Shown in pieces: positions 42,780 to 47,813 of a DNA stretch of 47,813 nucleotides. Position 1 is the first letter of the stretch. Each line of letters starts with the position of its first letter. Both the position numbers and the translations under genes were made by a program. This stretch comes from a virus. The stretch lies in the IMG/VR virus record IMGVR_UViG_3300031696_000011. One strand, given 5' to 3'. The notes below the pieces were generated by a model. That model did not search any database, was not told the origin of the DNA, and saw nothing but the letters and a program-made list of their open reading frames with translations.

Positions 42780-43200
42780 TACAGACCTGACCAAAGAAGA
42801 GATTGCGGACGGCGACGACTACATTGCCGAGACAATCGCGCAACAAGCGCGAGACAAAGCTGCGGCAAAGAAACCACCAGCACGACAGCTTGAATTGTAT
42901 GTGATCTTCGCGTGGAAGACACCGCAGTATAGGCTGCACGAATGGTGTCAGACTGGTGAGACGGCACCTAACGACTCTCAGTGTGTGCATTGTGATCGCA
43001 CGATGGGTGACGCTGATGATCGTGTATGTGATTCAGGCATGGCTGGTGCGCTTGGTGGATGGAACGACTACAAAGGTGGTAGTGGAAACTTCGGCATTGC
43101 GATGTTGAAGTGGCAGACATTGAAAGCGCAAGGACATAACAACTGTCAGGTGTTGAACATACACAGCGGCAAGCTAGAGTTGGAGGTGTATGATGCTTAG
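42772..43200 (+). CDS. Hypothetical protein, 142 aa
   Basis: 8-nt overlap with the upstream gene. Contains CVHCD...C Cys residues. Confidence 0.5.
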   Translation: MSDTDLTKEEIADGDDYIAETIAQQARDKAAAKKPPARQLELYVIFAWKTPQYRLHEWCQTGETAPNDSQCVHCDRTMGDADDRVCDSGMAGALGGWNDYKGGSGNFGIAMLKWQTLKAQGHNNCQVLNIHSGKLELEVYDA

Positions 43201-44176
43201 CACAGAGGAGTTGGCGCGGATAAATGAGGCGACCAAACGGCAAGCGGCAACTGTTGAAGCGAACAAGGCGCGGTTGCTAAATCAACCACCGAACCCTAGC
43301 GGAGTGGATCACGGTGCGATCAAACGTAAGCTAGAAAAGATGGGACTGTTTGAGTTGGCGAATGATCTCAAGGTCTGTCGTCCAGCAAGTCTTGCTTCGC
43401 TTGATGAGTTTATCACAGATGACGCGGCGATGTTGCGGCTCAAGAAACAGGTTGAGTATCTGTGCGAGATGGATGACCCAGTGTTGATTCACGGTGAGAG
43501 TGGGACAGGCAAGGAGTTGATAGCTCGTGCGTTGCATGGACGAAAGTCAGCGCCGTTTATCGCAGTCAACACGACAGCACTACCACTTCATCTGATGGAG
43601 AGTGAGTTATTTGGTCATGCGAAAGGATCATTCACCGGTGCAGATGCGAACAAGATCGGGATACTTGAAGGCGCAGGTAACGGGACTGTGTTTCTGGATG
43701 AGATAGGTGACATGGAGTTGACGCTGCAATCGAAGTTGTTGCGTGTGTTGCAAGAGAAAGTAATCAGACCTGTCGGCACGAATGCTGAGCGTGAGATACA
43801 TTGTCGAGTAGTGGCAGCCACGCATCAGGTGATACGACGTGAGGAAACAGTTCATGGAACTAAGTCAGTCACGTGGAAGAAAGGTTTCCGTCAGGATTTA
43901 TACTGGCGTCTTGCTACACACACGCTTCACATCTCACCGCTTCGTGATCGTCCAGATGATATCCGTGAGATACTAGATGCGGTCATAGATCCTGACCAAC
44001 GATTGCCTGAATCATTCCGTGACGAGATGGTAACGATGCAACTGGAAGGCAACTTCCGTGAACTCAATGCGTTGTGTCAGCGTAAGTTTCTTGCAATGAA
44101 AGTGGACGATACGCAGGGTGAACTTTATATACCCGGTGTTGTGACACACGCAGCCTACGTCCACACAAAAGAGTAA
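43190..44176 (+). CDS. Sigma-54 interaction-domain AAA+ ATPase (minimal bacterial enhancer-binding protein; no sensory domain or HTH seen)
   Basis: VLIHGESGTGKELIARALH (Walker A), FGHAKGSFTGA (GAFTGA loop, nt 43625-43642), GTVFLDEIGDM (Walker B), LQSKLLRVLQE, FRQDLYWRL, ISPLRDRPDDI and GNFRELNA. About 95 aa precede the module and about 30 aa follow it. Confidence 0.9.
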   Translation: MMLSTEELARINEATKRQAATVEANKARLLNQPPNPSGVDHGAIKRKLEKMGLFELANDLKVCRPASLASLDEFITDDAAMLRLKKQVEYLCEMDDPVLIHGESGTGKELIARALHGRKSAPFIAVNTTALPLHLMESELFGHAKGSFTGADANKIGILEGAGNGTVFLDEIGDMELTLQSKLLRVLQEKVIRPVGTNAEREIHCRVVAATHQVIRREETVHGTKSVTWKKGFRQDLYWRLATHTLHISPLRDRPDDIREILDAVIDPDQRLPESFRDEMVTMQLEGNFRELNALCQRKFLAMKVDDTQGELYIPGVVTHAAYVHTKE

Positions 44177-44186
44177 CGCAACCTGT

Positions 44187-44202
44187 TGGCACGGTATGTG
44201 CT
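44187..44202 (+). promoter_or_regulatory. Sigma-54 type -24/-12 promoter candidate (TGGCACGGTATGTGCT)
   Basis: TTGGCACG-GTAT-GTGCTG begins 11 nt after the activator gene's stop and lies 28 nt upstream of the ATG at 44230. Confidence 0.65.
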
Positions 44203-44229
44203 GTATAAGAACTGTCCACCTCCCCGAGT

Positions 44230-44463
44230 ATGAACAAGAAAATATTTAGAAATTCTGTCGGCTGGATTGTTCTGGTATGGAATCGTGCTGACTGGGAGTT
44301 CATCGCAGTCCATGAGAACGGTTGCTGTAAGGACATACCGTGGACAGCAGTGGAAGAGAAAGATAAAAGTCTTGCGATTGATACGATCATCGGCAAGCTG
44401 ACAAGACGTGAGTTCAAATACCAACAAGAACTCCAACAAGATTTGCCCAACGCTACTTCGTAG
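44230..44463 (+). CDS. Hypothetical protein, 77 aa
   Basis: First ORF after the promoter-like element. Confidence 0.5.
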   Translation: MNKKIFRNSVGWIVLVWNRADWEFIAVHENGCCKDIPWTAVEEKDKSLAIDTIIGKLTRREFKYQQELQQDLPNATS

Positions 44464-44523
44464 CACGGCATTAACAAACGAGCATAATGCTCATCGACAA
44501 GAACAGTTAGAAAAAGCAAAGTT

Positions 44524-45171
44524 ATGAGTAACGAAGCCGCAGACCAAAACGTTGAGACCGAAGTTGCCGATGCCCCGGCACAAGCCATCGACCTGAGCAA
44601 CGACAGCGCTGCTGAAGCGAACAAAGCCGTGGTCATCATCGACCCTGAGACTGGTAAGGACAACACTTACCTGACTGACGACGACGGCGACAACTACTTG
44701 GAGTTCGAAGGACTCCGTGTGTATGTCACCACATTCGGCGGCGCATTGAAGGGTGTGCTGTATCACTACAAACAGTTCACCTCGCTTGACAAGGCGATTG
44801 AAGTGCACGGCGCAGACAAAGTCCTCGCTGCGTTGAACGACAACCTGAATGCCGGAACCCGTAACAAGGTGAAGTCGTCCAAGATTCCGAAGTTCGACGA
44901 CAGCAAGGCGCAGGAGTCCGCGATTCGCACGATGCTTACGGAACATCCTGTTCAGTTCACCATCAACGAAGCGATTCGTTACGAGCCGGGTGAGCGCGAT
45001 CAGACGTCTGGTCAGATCCTCGCCGTGCTGAAGGCAGCGCAGAAGGATGGTGTCGGAACGACCAAGATCGCCGCGATCATGCAGCGTTTGATGGCCGTGA
45101 TGGCGAAGGAGAACTTGCGTCGTGGTATCGACGACGGACAGGTTCACGTTGCCGACGACGACGAGCAGTAA
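44524..45171 (+). CDS. Acidic hypothetical protein, 215 aa
   Basis: Clean ORF with acidic termini (ends DDGQVHVADDDEQ). A strong terminator follows. The long antisense ORFs are compositional shadows. Confidence 0.65.
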   Translation: MSNEAADQNVETEVADAPAQAIDLSNDSAAEANKAVVIIDPETGKDNTYLTDDDGDNYLEFEGLRVYVTTFGGALKGVLYHYKQFTSLDKAIEVHGADKVLAALNDNLNAGTRNKVKSSKIPKFDDSKAQESAIRTMLTEHPVQFTINEAIRYEPGERDQTSGQILAVLKAAQKDGVGTTKIAAIMQRLMAVMAKENLRRGIDDGQVHVADDDEQ

Positions 45172-45183
45172 GAAGTCACATGT

Positions 45184-45214
45184 TGGGGAGGACATCCACT
45201 CCCCAGCATTTTTT
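45184..45214 (+). terminator. Intrinsic terminator
   Basis: 7-bp stem tggggag (45184-45190) / ctcccca (45199-45205), followed by gcatttttt. Confidence 0.75.
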
Positions 45215-45318
45215 AAATCGAACACACTAGCAAGCACAACGCAATGGCGATTTCGTTTATTGGTTTAGCTGGATCGCAGGTCGTGACTAAACACCATGAT
45301 GTTAGTGTGTTCGATTTA
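45214..45318. repeat. 16-bp perfect inverted repeat (taaatcgaacacacta / tagtgtgttcgattta) enclosing 73 nt
   Basis: Arms at 45214-45229 and 45303-45318, extendable to 18 of 19 bp. Located between a terminator and the gene at 45342. Confidence 0.85.
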
Positions 45319-45341
45319 GAAAATGCAAACAGGAAATAGAT

Positions 45342-45995
45342 ATGAGTATTGACCCAATCAAGTTAGCGATAGGTGACAATGAAGGCCACGAAGGTCAGTG
45401 GAAGCAACGCAGGTTGAAGCGTAGCACATACACGGTGAAGAATGCAATGAAATTTCAAGCATACTTTGACCTGTCTATACGTGACAAGAAGCCTGTGTTG
45501 ATACCAGCAAGACCATACAATGTGAAGCTAGACACGTTGTATAAAAAGGTATGCGATGGTTTGTTGTGGCTAGTGCAGAACATGCAACAAGGTGCAGCGC
45601 AGCAAGCGTATGCGTTGCTCAAGTCGCAGTCGCAGTTTACTAGAGTCGAGGGACATGCAGGCGGCGTGAAGATTACATGGGATGTGCACGAAGAGATACT
45701 TTCACCAGAATCAATCAAAGCTGTGACAGGTGTTGCGCCTGTTGGGATATTACAATCAGCTACGACGCAAGAGCAGATGTCGGATGCAGTAGCGGACATC
45801 AAACAAGTCGGGTTGACTGACAGAATCAGGACGCATCTGGAGAGCACAAGCGACACTGGTATATTCAACGAGCAAGGACTGAACCTGTCACCGGAAAAGG
45901 TGCGGGACATAGCGCGACTTCTCACAGACGCAGGTGTGCCACCGGCATTGGCTGTGATCGAACCGACGCAAGTAAGATTCTTCAAACCATCGTAA
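45342..45995 (+). CDS. Hypothetical protein, 217 aa
   Basis: Preceded by an aggaaatagat-ATG SD-like site. Confidence 0.6.
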   Translation: MSIDPIKLAIGDNEGHEGQWKQRRLKRSTYTVKNAMKFQAYFDLSIRDKKPVLIPARPYNVKLDTLYKKVCDGLLWLVQNMQQGAAQQAYALLKSQSQFTRVEGHAGGVKITWDVHEEILSPESIKAVTGVAPVGILQSATTQEQMSDAVADIKQVGLTDRIRTHLESTSDTGIFNEQGLNLSPEKVRDIARLLTDAGVPPALAVIEPTQVRFFKPS

Positions 45996-45996
45996 C

Positions 45997-46197
45997 ATGG
46001 ACATGATTAACAAACTGGTTGACACACCTGCAGGTGTAGGGTTGTGCAGGATTATAATTAATGGGCAAGCTATTGTCTATTATCTTGACAAGCCATTCTT
46101 TGCGTATGATGTTGGCGATATCAAACTGTGCGACATGCAAGATGAAATGTTGTATGCACAGATTGAAGCTAAAGCAATCGAGGAACTATCGAAATGA
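45997..46197 (+). CDS. Hypothetical protein, 66 aa
   Basis: Tightly packed. ATGA overlap with the ligase gene. Confidence 0.5.
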   Translation: MDMINKLVDTPAGVGLCRIIINGQAIVYYLDKPFFAYDVGDIKLCDMQDEMLYAQIEAKAIEELSK

Positions 46198-47027
46198 AAC
46201 CACCGTTTAAGTCAATGCTCTTTTGTAACGAAGAGTGGGAGTGGAGTGATGTGATGTTGCCTGCGATGGTGCAGCCTAAGCTAGATGGTGTGGCTGCGTA
46301 TAAGGCAGGCGGTGAGATATGGACGAAGCGAGGTAAGTTGTTTCCGAACAATCGCATACGCACATACTTGCGCGAAGTTCTTGAAGAAGGAATGGACTGT
46401 GAGATATGGCATCCGCACATGACATTTCATCAGATCTCTGGGTTCTGTCGGAGGATAAAAGATACACCACCAATTGGTTGGCTTGCGATGGTGTATGATC
46501 GTAGTCGTCCGTATATGTCGGAGGCGTATGTGATAAGGTATCGCAAGCTGCTTGAGTGGTATGACGACTCGCCGCATGTGAACGAGCAACAGACAGTTCG
46601 AATCATGGACAGTGTATTGTGTCACACGCAAGAAGACATAGAAGCAACTCACTTTGAGAACACACTACAAGGACAAGAAGGTAGTATGATACGTGCGTTG
46701 CATGCGCCATACTATCACGGGCGGACTGGGATTAAAGATGGGTTCGGATTCAAGTTCGTAGGACTGGAGTATGACACGGCGATGTTCACTGGAACTACCG
46801 CGAATTCCAACAGCGTCAAAGCTGCGACGATGATAGGTGCGATAGTGTGCGAACATAAAAAGTGGGGCAGGCTACATATAGGAAGCGGGTTCGACCATAC
46901 GCTGTCCAAAGATATGTATGACAACCCTGCTCGTTACACAGGCCAAGTGGTAAGATTTAAGTATAAGAAACATGGAACAGAAGAGAAGCCACGTCAACCT
47001 ATCTTCGTGAGCTTCGAAGGGAAATAA
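46194..47027 (+). CDS. lig: ATP-dependent DNA ligase, 277 aa
   Basis: Motif I adenylation lysine VQPKLDGVAAY (KxDG). Motif III-like DCEIW. Motif IV EGSMIR. C-terminal VVRFKYKKHG...PRQPIFVSF, typical of small phage ligases. Confidence 0.8.
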   Translation: MKPPFKSMLFCNEEWEWSDVMLPAMVQPKLDGVAAYKAGGEIWTKRGKLFPNNRIRTYLREVLEEGMDCEIWHPHMTFHQISGFCRRIKDTPPIGWLAMVYDRSRPYMSEAYVIRYRKLLEWYDDSPHVNEQQTVRIMDSVLCHTQEDIEATHFENTLQGQEGSMIRALHAPYYHGRTGIKDGFGFKFVGLEYDTAMFTGTTANSNSVKAATMIGAIVCEHKKWGRLHIGSGFDHTLSKDMYDNPARYTGQVVRFKYKKHGTEEKPRQPIFVSFEGK

Positions 47028-47031
47028 GATT

Positions 47032-47319
47032 ATGGTCATAACAGAACTGAAGGTGCGACTGGTTAGATTCCAGAATGCATGGATGGCGATACCATTGGTG
47101 AGACATGCGGAAGTGGTAGGTCACACTAAAAGTTATCTGCCTGCACAAATCGAACATCGTAAAGGCTACGGCGATTCACCGCATGAGGCACTTGGCCACT
47201 TGCTATCGTTGTTCAACAAAGACACGATCCAACTTACCCGTGCGTTTGTTGATATCAACGACGAGGCGACAATGCGACACTGTGTGTTCACTTGCAGATC
47301 TGAATACGAACTGATATGA
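47032..47319 (+). CDS. Hypothetical protein, 95 aa
   Basis: ORF in the plus-strand arm. ATGA overlap with the next gene. Confidence 0.5.
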   Translation: MVITELKVRLVRFQNAWMAIPLVRHAEVVGHTKSYLPAQIEHRKGYGDSPHEALGHLLSLFNKDTIQLTRAFVDINDEATMRHCVFTCRSEYELI

Positions 47320-47681
47320 ATCCGATCGCATCGAACATCGACGAGCTGCTTGGACATTCGCTAGCAGACTTGGAGCGTATGACCACGGCGCAGATGGTAT
47401 TGTTTCTCACGCCAGCATTGTTGGATCAGCCAGCGATGAACATGAAAGAGCTGGAGAAAAGCGCGAGTGAGACTAAGATCACGATACCTAAGAACATCGA
47501 CATGTCCGGTGTGACGCGTAGACCTAGCGCGAAGAAAGGTCCGAGCGATTTGAAGAAGAGCGTGAAGAAACGTGGCTCGCTGGTGAGAGGGAAGAAATTC
47601 CTAGACAACAAAGACTTCGACCAGCTGTGTAAAGAAACTGGATTTGATCCTGAACTGATAGACGACCCAAACCAAGAATGA
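47316..47681 (+). CDS. Hypothetical protein, 121 aa (Lys-rich C-terminal half)
   Basis: Its stop overlaps the ATG of the nuclease gene, which crosses the junction. Confidence 0.5.
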   Translation: MNPIASNIDELLGHSLADLERMTTAQMVLFLTPALLDQPAMNMKELEKSASETKITIPKNIDMSGVTRRPSAKKGPSDLKKSVKKRGSLVRGKKFLDNKDFDQLCKETGFDPELIDDPNQE

Positions 47682-47813
47682 GCCTTAAACGATTCAGCAA
47701 ATATACAACCTACGTCCCCGGTGAGAAACTCATCGTGCGACTAGATCCATCCACGTTTGCAATCTCTGACTGCGAGCGTGAGCTTGAGCTAGGCAACCTG
47801 TTAGGTTGGGTGG
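47678..47813 (+). CDS. First ~45 codons of the same Cas4-like nuclease gene (continues at base 1..954)
   Basis: The ATG at 47678 overlaps the TGA of the preceding gene (ATGA). Reading MSLKRFSKYTTYVPGEKLIVRLDPS... joins frame 1 at base 1 through the 127-nt overlap. Confidence 0.7.
   Translation, partial: MSLKRFSKYTTYVPGEKLIVRLDPSTFAISDCERELELGNLLGWV
47687..47813. repeat. Right copy of exact 127-nt terminal overlap
   Basis: Identical to 1..127. A length of 127 nt is what a k=127 assembler leaves on a circular contig. Confidence 0.95.

Noticed and set aside
44064-45237. Minus-strand ORFs of 200 aa and 248 aa opposite the activator 3' end and the acidic protein gene
   Set aside because: They are antisense to plus-strand genes that have clear motifs or signals (promoter, terminator). 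Their composition is biased (V/L/R-rich) and they have no flanking signals on the minus strand.
1-47813. Search for a retron, DGR, integrase, lysogeny module, phage RNA polymerase or phage sigma factor
   Set aside because: No YxDD reverse-transcriptase motif, tyrosine or serine recombinase motif, T7-type RNAP motif or RpoN-box/sigma-70 region motif was seen in any ORF. Absence judged by eye is not proof.

Overview
The window is a complete, circularly assembled tailed-phage genome with podovirus-like organisation. Bases 1-127 recur exactly at 47687-47813, so the unique length is 47,686 bp, and one gene reads across the junction. No tRNA, rRNA, CRISPR array, integrase, reverse transcriptase or phage RNA polymerase was recognised.

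There are two arms. The plus-strand early/replication arm runs from about 35.9 kb through the junction to 8.7 kb. It encodes small Cys-rich proteins, a SEC-C motif protein, an SNF2 helicase, a sigma-54 activator, a DNA ligase, a Cas4-like nuclease, a Sak4-like ATPase, a family A DNA polymerase with a UDG-like N-terminus, a P-loop helicase and a DUF3310 protein. The minus-strand late arm runs from 34.7 kb down to 8.7 kb. It encodes an HTH/small-terminase-like protein, a class-3 lipase, TerL, portal, scaffold, major capsid, fibre/LamG proteins, a TM protein plus lipoprotein, tail proteins and very large internal virion proteins. The arms diverge from a 1.1-kb coding-free control region and converge at about 8.69 kb.

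The main result is a candidate transcription programme read directly from the sequence. The phage encodes a minimal sigma-54 enhancer-binding AAA+ protein with no visible sensory or DNA-binding domain. Near-consensus -24/-12 promoters (TGGCAYG-N4-TTGCT/GTGCT) sit in most of the few intergenic gaps: before the late operon, the capsid gene, the lipoprotein gene and two plus-strand operons. Further matches lie inside genes.

Other points of interest:
- a purine-rich, GGA/AAGGAG-repeat non-coding element in the control region
- a class-3 lipase inside the packaging module
- a 1758-aa HExxH protein
- several structured intergenic elements

All functional calls rest on motif reading by eye. No database search was run.
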